Positions 1-11,500 of a stretch of 61,536 nt of DNA are shown here, piece after piece; position 1 is the stretch's first letter, and every line of letters starts with the position of its first letter. This DNA is from Prevotella sp. GTDB lineage: Bacteria; Bacteroidota; Bacteroidia; Bacteroidales; Bacteroidaceae. The translations under genes were made by a program, and so were the position numbers. The stretch spans positions 1-61,536 of the forward strand of contig JAIDEM010000116.1 in NCBI GenBank assembly GCA_029054825.1, written 5' to 3'. Below the pieces are notes generated by a model. The model had not been told where the DNA came from. It saw nothing but the letters and a program-made list of their open reading frames with translations, and ran no database searches.

Positions 1-1251
1 TACGGCAACGGAGAGACACCGGAGACAAGTGGAAAGAAGGGCGACCATCTCATCGGCGACTACTATGTGGCTTTCGACAAGCACTACCGCGAGGAGGTGA
101 AGGAGCTCATGGCACAGGGCATGGACGAGGAAAAGGCAAAGCAGGAGGCTCCGCTCATCAAGGAGGCGCACGACATGCTCGTGAAATGGGAGCACAACGA
201 CCCTGAGGTTCGCGCTCTATGGGCACGCATGAACGAATGGGTATACGCCGGATTTGACGAGACTTACAAGACCATGGGTGTCGGATTCGACAAGATATAC
301 TACGAGTCGCAGACATATCTCGAAGGCAAGGAGAAGGTAGAGGAAGGGCTTGCCAAGGGAATCTTCTACCGCCGCGACGACAATTCCGTATGGGCAGACC
401 TTACAGGAGAGGGACTTGACGAGAAGCTTCTCCTGCGCAGCGACGGCACATCGGTATACATGACACAGGACATCGGCACGGCAAAGCTGCGCTACCAGGA
501 CTTCCCGATAGACAAGATGATATATGTCGTGGGCAACGAGCAGAACTATCATTTCCAGGTTCTCTCCATTCTCCTCGACAAACTCGGCTTCAAATGGGGC
601 AAGGATCTCGTGCATTTCTCCTACGGCATGGTCGAACTGCCTAACGGAAAGATGAAATCCCGCGAGGGAACGGTGGTCGATGCCGACGAACTCATGGCTG
701 CAATGATCGAGGATGCGCGCAAGACAAGCGATGAGCTCGGCAAGAACGCCGACATGACCGAGGAGGAGAAGCAGGAGATTGCACGCATCGTGGGCCTCGG
801 AGCACTCAAGTATTTCATACTGAAGGTTGACGCACGCAAGAACATGCTCTTCAATCCGGAGGAGTCCATCGACTTCAACGGCAATACAGGACCGTTCATC
901 CAGTACACCTACGCCCGTATCCGCTCTATCCTGCGCAAGGCGGCTGAACAGGGTCTGGAAGCAAAATGCACTGACGTAACGCTCGAACAGAAGGAGATAG
1001 ACCTCATACAGAAAATCAACGAGTATGCCGCTGTGGTGGCTCAGGCAGGAATAGACTACTCGCCGTCGGGCATAGCAAGCTACTGCTACGAACTGACAAA
1101 GCAGTTCAACCAGTTCTACCACGACTTCAGCATCCTCAACGCCGACACGGAAGAGCAGAAGCAGTTCCGTCTGCTCCTCGCAAAGAACGTGTCGAAGACC
1201 ATCAAGAACGGCATGGCACTCCTCGGCATTGAGGTGCCGGAGCGTATGTAA
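1..1251 (+). CDS. argS: Arginyl-tRNA synthetase (5' end outside window)
   Basis: Frame open from base 1; KMKSREG (KMSKS-like), FNGNTGPFIQYTYAR and C-terminal GIEVPERM typical of ArgRS. Confidence 0.97.
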   Translation, partial: YGNGETPETSGKKGDHLIGDYYVAFDKHYREEVKELMAQGMDEEKAKQEAPLIKEAHDMLVKWEHNDPEVRALWARMNEWVYAGFDETYKTMGVGFDKIYYESQTYLEGKEKVEEGLAKGIFYRRDDNSVWADLTGEGLDEKLLLRSDGTSVYMTQDIGTAKLRYQDFPIDKMIYVVGNEQNYHFQVLSILLDKLGFKWGKDLVHFSYGMVELPNGKMKSREGTVVDADELMAAMIEDARKTSDELGKNADMTEEEKQEIARIVGLGALKYFILKVDARKNMLFNPEESIDFNGNTGPFIQYTYARIRSILRKAAEQGLEAKCTDVTLEQKEIDLIQKINEYAAVVAQAGIDYSPSGIASYCYELTKQFNQFYHDFSILNADTEEQKQFRLLLAKNVSKTIKNGMALLGIEVPERM

Positions 1252-1254
1252 TAA

Positions 1255-1375
1255 GGGTGTACGGTCAGGCGGTTATACGGTCATACGGCTATGGATGTTT
1301 AACCCATAGCCTGCTCACAAGCCCAACAACCAACAACCCAGAACCGCATAACCGTAAAACCGCACCACAAATACA
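1255..1375. repeat. Degenerate 7-8 bp periodic intergenic repeat: G/T-rich arm (CGGTTATA-like) then A/C-rich arm (TAACCG-like)
   Basis: cggtcaggcggttatacggtcatacgg ... gaaccgcataaccgtaaaaccgc; same motif family recurs in more than ten intergenic spacers in the window. Confidence 0.75.
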
Positions 1376-1380
1376 CGACA

Positions 1381-1848
1381 ATGGACTATCCGGCAAACCC
1401 GCCATCGTGGCGAAATGATACAGTGCTTCCGTTGCCAAAGGACGTGAAAGCCGAAGCCTGGGCTGTAGACGCAGGCTGCTCAGGCAATCCCGGACCGATG
1501 GAATACCAGTGCATCGACATGCAGACAGGTGCACGAGTATTCCATACAGGACCGATACAGGGCACGAACAACATAGGCGAATTTCTCGCCATAGTACACG
1601 CTCTCGCGCTCATGGAACAGAAAGGCATCACCGACAAGGTCATCTATTCCGACTCCGTCAATGCCCAGATATGGGTCAGGAAGATGCAGTGCAAGACAAA
1701 ACTCGAGCGCACTCCACAGACGGAGAAGGCACATGAACTTGTGCAGAGGGCGGAGCTATGGCTCAGAACCCATACCTTCCGTGTACCGATAATTAAATGG
1801 GACACGAAGAAATGGGGAGAGATTCCTGCCGATTTCGGCAGGAAATGA
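1381..1848 (+). CDS. rnhA: Ribonuclease HI (Bacteroidota type)
   Basis: AVDAGCSGNPGPMEY, GTNNIGEFLAIVH, IYSDS, KWDTKKWGEIPADFGRK motifs. Confidence 0.92.
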   Translation: MDYPANPPSWRNDTVLPLPKDVKAEAWAVDAGCSGNPGPMEYQCIDMQTGARVFHTGPIQGTNNIGEFLAIVHALALMEQKGITDKVIYSDSVNAQIWVRKMQCKTKLERTPQTEKAHELVQRAELWLRTHTFRVPIIKWDTKKWGEIPADFGRK

Positions 1849-1983
1849 CAGGAGAATGTCGTCTGCAAGGCCTGCAACAACTGTCAAAACGCGTAACGCC
1901 CTATCGGCTGAAAGCCACGGAGACAGGCAGAAAACAGCCAAATAGCCCGATAAAACAAAAATACAAAATACAAACAGAACATC

Positions 1984-3822
1984 ATGACAGACAAACTGGA
2001 GATTAAGGAAGTCGCAGACATCGTGGTACGATTCTCGGGCGACTCGGGCGACGGAATGCAGCTCGCCGGCAACATCTTCTCTACGGTATCTGCTACCGTG
2101 GGTAACGGAATTTCCACATTTCCTGACTATCCTGCTGACATCCGCGCACCGCAAGGCTCGCTGACGGGTGTTTCCGGTTTCCAGGTACATATCGGTGAGG
2201 GCGATGTCTACACACCGGGCGACTTATGCGATGTGCTCGTGGCAATGAACGCCGCTGCCCTCAAGACCCAGTACAAGTACGCCAAGCCGCAGGCAACGAT
2301 AATCATCGACACAGACTCTTTCGGCAAGAAAGACCTCGATAAGGCACAGTTCCAGACAGAAGACTACCTCGGAGAGATGGGCATAGACCCTGACCGCGTC
2401 ATCTCATGCCCTATGACACAGATGGTAAAGGACTGTCTCGCCGACTCGGGTATGGACAACAAGTCCATGCTGAAGTGCCGCAACATGTTCGCCCTCGGCC
2501 TCGTCTGTTGGCTTTTCAGCCGCGATCTTGACCTCGTGGCAAACTTCCTAAAGGAGAAATTCGCCAAGAAACCTGCAATCGCCGAAGCGAATATCAAGGT
2601 GATCCAGGCTGGATACGACTACGGACACAACACACATTCCAGCGCGACAAACGTCTACCGCATAGAGACAAAGGTAAAGGTGCCGGGACGATACATGGAC
2701 ATCACCGGCAACAAGGCGACCGCATACGGATTCATCGCGGCGGCAGAGAAGGCCGGACTGAAACTGTATCTCGGATCATACCCTATCACTCCGGCAACGG
2801 ATGTCCTCCACGAACTGGCAAAGCATAAGTCCCTCGGCGTCACTACCGTACAGTGTGAGGACGAGATTTCCGGCTGCGCATCGGCAGTGGGAGCATCCTT
2901 CGCCGGAGCACTCGCCGTGACATCCACCTCTGGTCCTGGACTTTGCCTGAAATCCGAGGCAATGAACCTCGCGGTAATCATGGAGCTTCCGCTTGTGATT
3001 CTTGACGTGCAGCGCGGCGGACCGGCAACGGGACTGCCGACAAAGTCCGAACAGACAGACCTCCTCCAAGCTCTTTTCGGACGCAACGGCGAATCACCTA
3101 TGCCTGTAATCGCGGCAACATCGCCTACAGACTGCTTCTATGCGGCATACGACGCGGCAAAGATGGCGCTGGAGCACATGACACCTGTCATCCTCCTCAC
3201 CGATGCATATATCGCCAATGGTTCAGGAGCTTTCAAACTCCCTGACCTCAATGCCATGGACACTATCAACCCTCCTTACGTCCCAGAGGAACTGAAAGGC
3301 GAGTGGGCTCCGTACATGCGCGCCGACAACGGCACACGCTACTGGGCCGTACCGGGACGCGAAGGCTTCACACACATCCTCGGCGGACTGGAGAAGGATG
3401 ACAAGACGGGAGCCATATCCACAGACCCGGAGAATCACCACATAATGACATGCAAGCGACAGGAGAAGATAAACAACATCAATGTACCAGACCTTGAGGT
3501 AATAGGCGACACAGACGATGCCGAACTGCTCATCGTCGGCTTCGGCTCAACATACGGACATCTCCGTGCAGCGATGGACGAAATGCGCGCAAAGGGCAAG
3601 AAGGTGGCAATGGCACAGTTCAGATATATCAATCCTCTGCCGAAGAACACTGCCAATATTCTCACGAAATATCCTAAAGTCGTTGTCGCAGAGCAGAATA
3701 TGGGACAGCTCGCGAGCTACCTGCGCATGAAGGTTGACGGCTTCGTCCCTGCACAGTTCAATCAGGTAAAGGGCAAGCCTTTCTCCGTAAACGAACTGGT
3801 AGAGGCATTCGAAAACCTCTGA
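1984..3822 (+). CDS. 2-oxoacid:acceptor oxidoreductase alpha subunit
   Basis: RFSGDSGDGMQL, SYPITPATD, TSTSGPG, DVQRGGPATGLPTKSEQTD motifs; followed by the beta subunit. Confidence 0.95.
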   Translation: MTDKLEIKEVADIVVRFSGDSGDGMQLAGNIFSTVSATVGNGISTFPDYPADIRAPQGSLTGVSGFQVHIGEGDVYTPGDLCDVLVAMNAAALKTQYKYAKPQATIIIDTDSFGKKDLDKAQFQTEDYLGEMGIDPDRVISCPMTQMVKDCLADSGMDNKSMLKCRNMFALGLVCWLFSRDLDLVANFLKEKFAKKPAIAEANIKVIQAGYDYGHNTHSSATNVYRIETKVKVPGRYMDITGNKATAYGFIAAAEKAGLKLYLGSYPITPATDVLHELAKHKSLGVTTVQCEDEISGCASAVGASFAGALAVTSTSGPGLCLKSEAMNLAVIMELPLVILDVQRGGPATGLPTKSEQTDLLQALFGRNGESPMPVIAATSPTDCFYAAYDAAKMALEHMTPVILLTDAYIANGSGAFKLPDLNAMDTINPPYVPEELKGEWAPYMRADNGTRYWAVPGREGFTHILGGLEKDDKTGAISTDPENHHIMTCKRQEKINNINVPDLEVIGDTDDAELLIVGFGSTYGHLRAAMDEMRAKGKKVAMAQFRYINPLPKNTANILTKYPKVVVAEQNMGQLASYLRMKVDGFVPAQFNQVKGKPFSVNELVEAFENL

Positions 3823-3907
3823 TGACGTGCTCATTGAAGACACCTGACGACACAACAGCAAAGAAACGATTTACAGAACGCACCAAAACAAATAAAGGAG
3901 AAAAACA

Positions 3908-4912
3908 ATGGCATTCACAGCTTCAGAATATAAGAAAGGACAACCAAGATGGTGTCCTGGATGCGGCGACCACTTCTTCCTCGCATCTCTCCACAAAGCC
4001 ATGGCAGAAATAGGCACAGAGCCTTGGAATACTGCCGTAATCTCGGGCATCGGATGCTCTTCCCGACTGCCTCACTACATGGCGACATACGGCATGAACA
4101 CCATACACGGACGTGCCGCGGCTATCGCGACAGGATGCAAACTGGCAAACCCTGACCTCACGGTATGGCAGGTTTCGGGCGACGGTGACGGACTTGCCAT
4201 CGGCGGCAACCACTTCATACACGCCAACCGACGCAACATAAACATCAATATCATACTCCTCAACAACCGTATCTACGGCCTCACGAAAGGACAGTACTCT
4301 CCGACATCGCCGCGTGGCTTCGTCTCAAAGTCATCTCCTTACGGCACTGTAGAGGACCCGTTCCAGCCGGCAGAGCTGTGCTTCGGCGCACGCGGACACT
4401 TCTTCGCACGCACCGTGGCAACCGACGGAGCGCATACCGTGAAGATGCTGAAGGCCGCCAACGACCATAAGGGTACCAGTGTGACGGAGGTTCTGCAGAA
4501 CTGTGTCATCTTCAACGACGGCACACACGCCAACGTCTACAACAAGGAGGGACGCGCAAAGAACGCCATCTACCTCGAGCACGGCAAGCCTATGCTCTTC
4601 GGCGAGAACCTTGAATACGGCCTTATGCAGGAAGGGTTCGGCCTGAAAGTGGTGAAGCTCGGCGAGAACGGTGTCACGGAAAATGACATCCTCGTGCATG
4701 ATGCTCACTGTACAGACAACACTCTCCACACAAAGCTCGCCCTCATGGGCAACAACGACGGATTCCCTGTGGCACTCGGCGTCATCCGCGACGTGGAGGC
4801 TCCTACCTACGACGATGCCGTCACTGCACAGATAGAGGAGGTAAAGGCAGCGAAGAAATACCATAACTTCGCCGAACTGCTCGAGACCAACGACATCTGG
4901 ACAGTGAAATAA
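3908..4912 (+). CDS. 2-oxoacid:ferredoxin oxidoreductase beta subunit
   Basis: WCPGCGD, SGIGCSSR and TPP-binding GDGD...NNRIYGLTKGQYSPTS. Confidence 0.95.
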   Translation: MAFTASEYKKGQPRWCPGCGDHFFLASLHKAMAEIGTEPWNTAVISGIGCSSRLPHYMATYGMNTIHGRAAAIATGCKLANPDLTVWQVSGDGDGLAIGGNHFIHANRRNININIILLNNRIYGLTKGQYSPTSPRGFVSKSSPYGTVEDPFQPAELCFGARGHFFARTVATDGAHTVKMLKAANDHKGTSVTEVLQNCVIFNDGTHANVYNKEGRAKNAIYLEHGKPMLFGENLEYGLMQEGFGLKVVKLGENGVTENDILVHDAHCTDNTLHTKLALMGNNDGFPVALGVIRDVEAPTYDDAVTAQIEEVKAAKKYHNFAELLETNDIWTVK

Positions 4913-4976
4913 GCAGGGCGACGGACATCATTTATCTGATTACACATATATTTATATGACCTTGTCTACTCACTCC

Positions 4977-6344
4977 ATGTACACAAGACTCATCACTGTG
5001 CTGCTGTCTGCCGTGGCTTTTGTCACGGCAGCGGCAGCACAGTCGCGTTATACGCCTGAGACACAACGGCTGCGTGACTCGATTGTCAGCGTCATCACCG
5101 GTTCGGAGGCTGTCGGATAGGAGCGAAAAACACTCAACCTGAAGGCCTTCAAGGGCAATTTCAACCGTGCCATGCGACAGGCGGAGAAGACCGGAGGGGC
5201 ACGCATCATCGTGCCGAAAGGCGAATGGTGGAGCAACGGACCGATACATTTCGCCTCCAACGTGACACTCGAACTGCAGGAAGGGGCGGTGATAAAGTTC
5301 AGTCCTGACCCGTCCCTGTATCCGCAAGTGCTCACATCATGGGAGGGGACGATGCTCTACAACATCTCGCCGTTTATCTACGGCAAGGGGCTTCACGACA
5401 TCGCCATCGTCGGGAAAGGCGCCATCGACGGCAACGCCATGAGCACTTTCGCCACATGGAGACCGCTGCAGAGAGCGTCACGTGACAGGACACGCGAGAT
5501 GAACCATAGCGGAACGCCTATCGAAGATCGGCGCTTCACGCAGGAAGACCGGCTCCGTCCGCCGCTGATACAGTTTCTCGACTGCCGCAACATAACCTTG
5601 GAAGATGTCTTCATCACCAACTCCCCGTTCTGGTGCGTACACCTGCTGCGCTCGGAAAACATCATCTGCCGCGGACTGCGCTACGATGCGAAGCTCGTGA
5701 ACAACGACGGCATAGACCCGGAATACTCACGCAACATCCTCATAGAGGACATACACTTCAACAACGGAGACGACAACATAGCCATCAAGGCTGGACGCGA
5801 CAACGACGGATGGAGAAATGCCGCGACGCCGTCGGAGAACATCATCATACGCAACTGCCACTTCAAGGGTCTCCACGCCGTAGTCCTCGGTTCAGAAATG
5901 TCGGCAGGAGTGAGGAATGTCTTTGTCGAAGACTGCGACTATGCAGGCTACTGCAAGCGCGGCATATACATCAAGACCAATCCTGACCGCGGAGGATATG
6001 TGCGCAATCTCTTCGTGAGAAACTGCCGGTTTGATACCGTAGAAGACCTCTTCTATATCACCACACAGTATGCCGGAGAAGGAAAGGGCTCGGCATATCC
6101 GTCAGAGATAGACAACATCAGCATCGAGGGGCTCTACTGCAACAAGGCTACCGCGGCGGCAATCGTGGTGCAGGGCACGGAGAGGAAGCCCGTAACGGGT
6201 GTCTCCCTCAAGGATATTGAGGCAGGAGAGGCGAAAAACGCCGTAAGTCTCGACAACTGCACGCCGGTGCTCATGCAGGATATACACATCGGCGGACACG
6301 CCGGCGTACCGTCGCAGGCAGGCGACAACACTCCAAAGAAATAG
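4977..6344 (+). pseudogene. GH28 glycoside hydrolase (polygalacturonase-like) with signal peptide, interrupted by an in-frame TAG at 5118-5120
   Basis: ATG 4977 gives MYTRLITVLLSAVAFVTAAAAQ... in the same frame as the 5172..6344 ORF, separated by one TAG; GH28 motifs NNDGIDP, GDDNIAIKAG, LGSEMS, IYIKT intact. Confidence 0.75.
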
Positions 6345-6387
6345 GATAGCAAAAGAACACTTACATTTTCCGGAGACAAATCTCCAT

Positions 6388-6435
6388 GGCAACATGCCCC
6401 GATGCCCGACAAAACCGGCAACGGGGCATGTTGCC
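6388..6435. terminator. Stem-loop after GH28 gene (14-bp perfect stem, no U-tract); terminator or RNA-processing hairpin
   Basis: ggcaacatgccccg ... cggggcatgttgcc. Confidence 0.45.
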
Positions 6436-6562
6436 GCAAACCATGAAAAGCCACGGAAACAAGGCTTCTGCTCCATGGCCGCCAATCCATGCCGTCATGG
6501 GTGACGGCATATAAGTAAAACATACACAAACGATATAACGAGTCATCAATCACAAGGACATC

Positions 6563-7963
6563 ATGGTCTCAGTAAAGAAAGAACTCAGACGGCTGACAAT
6601 GCCGATATTCATAGACATCGCACTGGTATTGCTTCTCGGTGCAGTGGACACCGTAATGCTATCCCAGTACAGCGACGACGCCGTGGCGGCGGTAGGTCTT
6701 GACAATCAACTTGTGTCGCTCGTGTTCCTCGTCTACAACTTCGTGGCGATGGGTGCAGCCATCCTCTGCGCACAGTATTTCGGCGCAGGGGCAAAGACAA
6801 GATTCGTGCAGATAGCAGGAATAGCCCTCGGCGTCAATACGCTGCTTGCCCTCATGACAAGTGCCGTGCTGTGGATGTGGGCAGAACCCATACTCCGCGC
6901 CTTCGGACTGCGTGACAGTCTCATGGCCGACGGCGTGCTGTATCTCCGCATCACAGGCGCGCTGTCATTCTTCCAGGCCATCTCTCTGACCATCAGCGGA
7001 GCACTGCGTTCCACGGGACGTCCGCTGTATCCCATGCTCGCCACCGTCGCCGTGAACATCCTGAACATAGGCGGCAACTACGCGCTCATCTTCGGACACT
7101 GGGGCTGCCCTGCCATGGGAGTGGAAGGAGCGGCATGGGCTACGGCGGGAAGCCGCATCGTGGCGACTCTCATACTCCTCTGCACACTGCCCTCACTGTG
7201 GCCGAGAGGCAGGAAAGTATTCACCAATCCGCTGCGGATAGCCCTGCATCCGATGTACAGCATACGTCGCCAGGCATCGGTCGTCACGGGCAATTTCCGC
7301 CCGTTCCCTTGGGATGAGCTGAAGAATCTCTTCAAGGTGGGTATCCCTGCCATGAGCGAAGAACTCTCGTATGCCCTCTCGCAGATAGTCATCACCTATT
7401 TTATAAACAAGATAAGCACGGAGGCTCTGACAACGAAGATATACTGCTCGACCATCATAACATTCATCCTGCTCCTCAGCCAGAGCATCGTGCAGGGCGG
7501 CGACATACTCGTGGGACAATACGTGGGACAGCTGCGCTACCGCGCCGCATACATCCTCGGCAACTATATCAAGAAGTTTGCCATGCGCCTGACACTCACC
7601 GCGGCGGCGGCGCTCGCCATCGGCGGACGGTTTATCCTCGAGGCTCTCACCGACAACCAGTGGATTATCGAGACCGGAACCTATATCTTCATCATCGACT
7701 GGTTCCTCAGTGCCGGGCGAGTGAAGAACGTCTTTGCCTGCGGAACGCTCCGCGCTGCCGGCGACGTCGTATACCCTGTCATCGTGGGAGTGATATCCCA
7801 GTGGACCGTAGCCGTAGGACTGGCATGGGTAATGGGCATCCCGATGGGATTCGGGCTTCTCGGTTTCTGGGTGGCATTCGCCCTCGACGAAAATCTCCGC
7901 GGCATAGTCCTCATGCGCCGCTGGCACAGCAAACGCTGGCAGGGAAAGGCGTTTACAGCGTAA
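6563..7963 (+). CDS. MATE family efflux transporter
   Basis: Two-fold repeated hydrophobic architecture; DTVMLSQY..AVAAVG, GALRSTG, GTLRAAGD, WVAFALDENLRG motifs. Confidence 0.92.
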   Translation: MVSVKKELRRLTMPIFIDIALVLLLGAVDTVMLSQYSDDAVAAVGLDNQLVSLVFLVYNFVAMGAAILCAQYFGAGAKTRFVQIAGIALGVNTLLALMTSAVLWMWAEPILRAFGLRDSLMADGVLYLRITGALSFFQAISLTISGALRSTGRPLYPMLATVAVNILNIGGNYALIFGHWGCPAMGVEGAAWATAGSRIVATLILLCTLPSLWPRGRKVFTNPLRIALHPMYSIRRQASVVTGNFRPFPWDELKNLFKVGIPAMSEELSYALSQIVITYFINKISTEALTTKIYCSTIITFILLLSQSIVQGGDILVGQYVGQLRYRAAYILGNYIKKFAMRLTLTAAAALAIGGRFILEALTDNQWIIETGTYIFIIDWFLSAGRVKNVFACGTLRAAGDVVYPVIVGVISQWTVAVGLAWVMGIPMGFGLLGFWVAFALDENLRGIVLMRRWHSKRWQGKAFTA

Positions 7964-7974
7964 GGGCAGTTTTT

Positions 7975-8072
7975 CCGGTTATACGGTCGGGCGGTTATAC
8001 GGTTATACGGAAAACAGTCTTCCGCACAGCCACCTAACCGTAAAAACCGTATAACCGCTTAACCGAAAAACC
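7975..8072. repeat. 8-bp periodic inverted repeat pair (CGGTTATA)n ... (TATAACCG)n
   Basis: cggttata cggtcggg cggttata cggttata cgg ... taaccgtaaaaaccgtataaccgcttaaccg. Confidence 0.8.
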
Positions 8073-8073
8073 T

Positions 8074-8152
8074 AACGGTCACCTTTCACCATACAAAGGG
8101 TGACAGATAGCGTGGCGAAAGGTGACCCTTCGCACGGTAAAAGGTCACCCTT
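8074..8152. repeat. 22-bp-period array of 4 palindromes AARGGTNACCYTT (array 1)
   Basis: GGTnAC cores at 8077, 8099, 8121, 8143. Confidence 0.9.
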
Positions 8153-8408
8153 CGCCACGCTGTTCTTTTTCCCTCACCTGGAGTACCGACACGGACGGCA
8201 GAGAGAAATGATACAGGTCAAATCGGCAACGACGGCAACCAAATGCCAATACGTGTAGAAAATACCATATTGTAACACATGGGGAAGATGTTGCGAAAAT
8301 TACTTTTTCCCGTATACAAAATACCGCAATAGGAGCGTTTTTGTACGAATTAACTATTTTTAACCGCCATCACTTTTTACAAAATAACATATTTTCATAA
8401 AAATGTAT

Positions 8409-8416
8409 TAACTTTG
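8409..8416 (+). promoter_or_regulatory. Bacteroidota -7 promoter box upstream of susC
   Basis: TAACTTTG matches TAnnTTTG in an AT-rich region about 90 bp before the ATG. Confidence 0.65.
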
Positions 8417-8502
8417 TTGCGGATTTTTATAGCTTCAACTATATAGTCTAAGAGAAAAACATCAAATAAAAAAACTAACATTATTCAATCAGTTTTGAAT
8501 CG

Positions 8503-11500
8503 ATGACTGTAAATTTGAAATCCTTTCGAATCGCGCTTGTCTCGTTTCTTGCGATGATAGCAACGGCCATTCAGGCGCAAACCGTTACAGGTAACGTGAA
8601 AGATGCCACTGGTGAGGGAGTCATCGGTGCCACCGTCATGGAGAAAGGTACCAAGAACGGTACCATCACCGACATGGACGGTAATTTCACAATCAAAGTC
8701 GCAAAAGGCAAGACTCTCGTGTTCTCATACATCGGAATGAAGGACAAGGAGGTGAAGGTCACCGGCGACGGACCTATCAATGTCACCATGCAGGACGACA
8801 ACACTACTCTCAATGACGTCGTCGTCATCGGTTATGGCACAGTACGCAAGAAAGACCTTACAGGTGCTGTGGCAAACGTCAGTTCGAAACAGCTGAAGGA
8901 TCTCCCTGTGACAAGTGCCTCGGAGGCACTGACAGGTAAGATGGCAGGTGTCAACATCACCACGACAGAAGGTTCTCCTGACGCAGACATCAAGATTCGC
9001 GTACGTGGCGGCGGCTCACTCTCACAGGACAACTCGCCGCTGTATATCGTCGACGGCTTCGAGGTATCATCCATCAGCGATATCGCACCGTCTGAAATCG
9101 AGTCCATCGACGTGCTGAAAGACGCTTCATCTACAGCCATCTACGGTGCAAAGGGCGCAAACGGCGTCATCATCGTCACCACAAAGAGCGGAAAGGAAGG
9201 AAAGATAGCCATCGACTTCGGCGCAAGCTGGGGATGGAAGAAGGCTACAAAACTTACAGAAGTGCTCGACCCATACAACTACGCCATGTACCAGTATGAG
9301 CTCGCATCCGGCTCACAGAGCAAGGGATACGTATCAAACTATGGCTCATACGAGGACATCGAGATCTGGAAATCAAAGGAAGGAAGCGACTTCCAGGATC
9401 AGATATTCGGACGCACAGGCAACCAGCAGATGTACAACGTGAACGTCACAGGCGGCACAAAGGCACTGCAGTTCAACGTAGCTTACGCACACAACCGCGA
9501 GAACAGTATCATGTACGGCTCCGGATACGTGAAGAACAACCTCAACGCGAAGTTGAAGTACAAGATGAACAAATGGATCACCATCGACCTCAACGCACGT
9601 CTCGCACACTCTAACCTCGACGGCCTCAGCGGTGGCGCAGACACCAACGAGTCAAATGCCGCAAACTCCATCGTGGCAAACGCCGCACGCTTCCGCCCGG
9701 TTAACCCTCTGAACGTCGTTACAGACGACGAGGAGCTCGAGTCTGCAGGCTCTATCCGCAAGACTCCGTACGAGCGTATCACATCTACCGACAAACTCAA
9801 GAAGACCTTCAACCAGACATACAGCGCTGCCGTACAGTGGCGTCCTTTCAAGAAGTGGACATTCCGCACACAGTTCCAGTATGGCAAGAAGAAGAACGAC
9901 ACAGAGCAGGTATGGCTCTCTGACGCCGTGACAAACTCCAAGTACGGAAGTAACGGACAGCCACAGGCATACTTCGAGACTGCCGACACATGGTCATGGT
10001 CAAACTCCAACACCATCACATTCGAAGACCGCAAGTTCCGCGGAGGACACGACAACATCAACGTCATGATCGGTCAGGAGACAAAGAGCTCTCAGGAAGA
10101 GGACATCAATGATGTATTCGTGGCCTACAACAACGACATGGGTGTCGACGCCATCAAGGACAACCGCTACGCCGGAACTCTCTACAACCACCTCGCCACA
10201 AAGGGCGCGAAGGACAACATGGTATCTTTCTTCGGACGTATCAACTATACTCTTAACGAGAAATATCTCGCGACAGTGACAATGCGTGCCGACGGCTCCA
10301 GCAAGTTCGGCAAGGGCAACAAGTGGGGCTTCTTCCCTTCCGCAGCCCTCGCATGGCGTCTGTCTGACGAGGCCTGGCTCAAGGACTCCAAGTGGGTCTC
10401 AAACCTCAAGACACGTATCTCATTCGGTACAGCAGGTAACAACCGCATACCTCAGACAACTATGCTCCTGTATTCTCCAGCTGACTCCGGCGCGAAGTTC
10501 CCTTGGTTCAACCAGAACGGAACAGACAACCGTACAGACATGATGGAGATTGGAAGCACAAAGATCAATGAAAACCTGAAGTGGGAGACCACCATCACAC
10601 GTAACTTCGGTATCGATTTCGGATTCTGGAAAGGACGTCTCTCCGGTAGCGTAGACCTCTACTGGAACACTACAAAGGACCTCCTCATGAGGGCCGAGAT
10701 TCCTGGAGACAACGGCTACACCACACAGTACCAGAACTTCGGACAGACATCCAATAAGGGCGTCGAGCTCCAGTTCAACGCTGTCCTCGTGGACACAAAG
10801 AACTTCTCCCTCAACTTCATGGGCAACATCGCATACAACCAGAACAAGATAGACAAGCTCGCGACAGGTGCAGAGTGGCAGTCATCCAACTGGGGCGGAC
10901 TGGCACAGTATGAGGACTACAGCGTCGTGGAAGGCGGCAAGCTCGGCGAACTGTGGGGCTACAAGATGAACGGATACTACACTTGCTGGACACAAAACAA
11001 TCCTGACGGCGACCTCCGCTTCGTCAACGGCAAATGGCTTCCTGTAATCAACAAGGAAACCGGAGCTACAGCAGACCCAGGCACAGCAGGAACAGACAAG
11101 AGCTACACCCTCTTCGGCGGTACACTCTACCCTGGCGGTCCTAAAGTGCAGACTGACGAGAACGGCGACGCCATCAAGCAGAGACTCGGCAATACTGTCG
11201 CTCCTGTAGCCGGTGGCTTCGGCATCAACGGTACAGTACTCGGCAACTTCGACTTCAACGTGTTCTTCAACTACTCTATCGGCAACAAGATCGTCAACGG
11301 CACAAAGCTCGCCCTGTCATACTACTCAGGCTCTGCCAAGGAGTATAACCTCAACGGCGACTTCGCGATAGACAACCGCTACACATGGCTCGACCCAGAG
11401 ACAGGTATGAACCTCGGACGCCCTTCATCATCAACACAGAGCGCATACCCTGGCGACAGACTCGGCGACCGTCTTAACGAGATCAATGCAAATGCAAATA

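Noticed and set aside
5118-5120. Genome-wide TAG reassignment or pyrrolysine
   Set aside because: TAG ends several intact genes in this window and no pyl genes are seen
8074-8152. 22-bp arrays as mini-CRISPR arrays
   Set aside because: 13-bp degenerate repeats and 9-bp spacers are far too short, and there is no leader or cas gene
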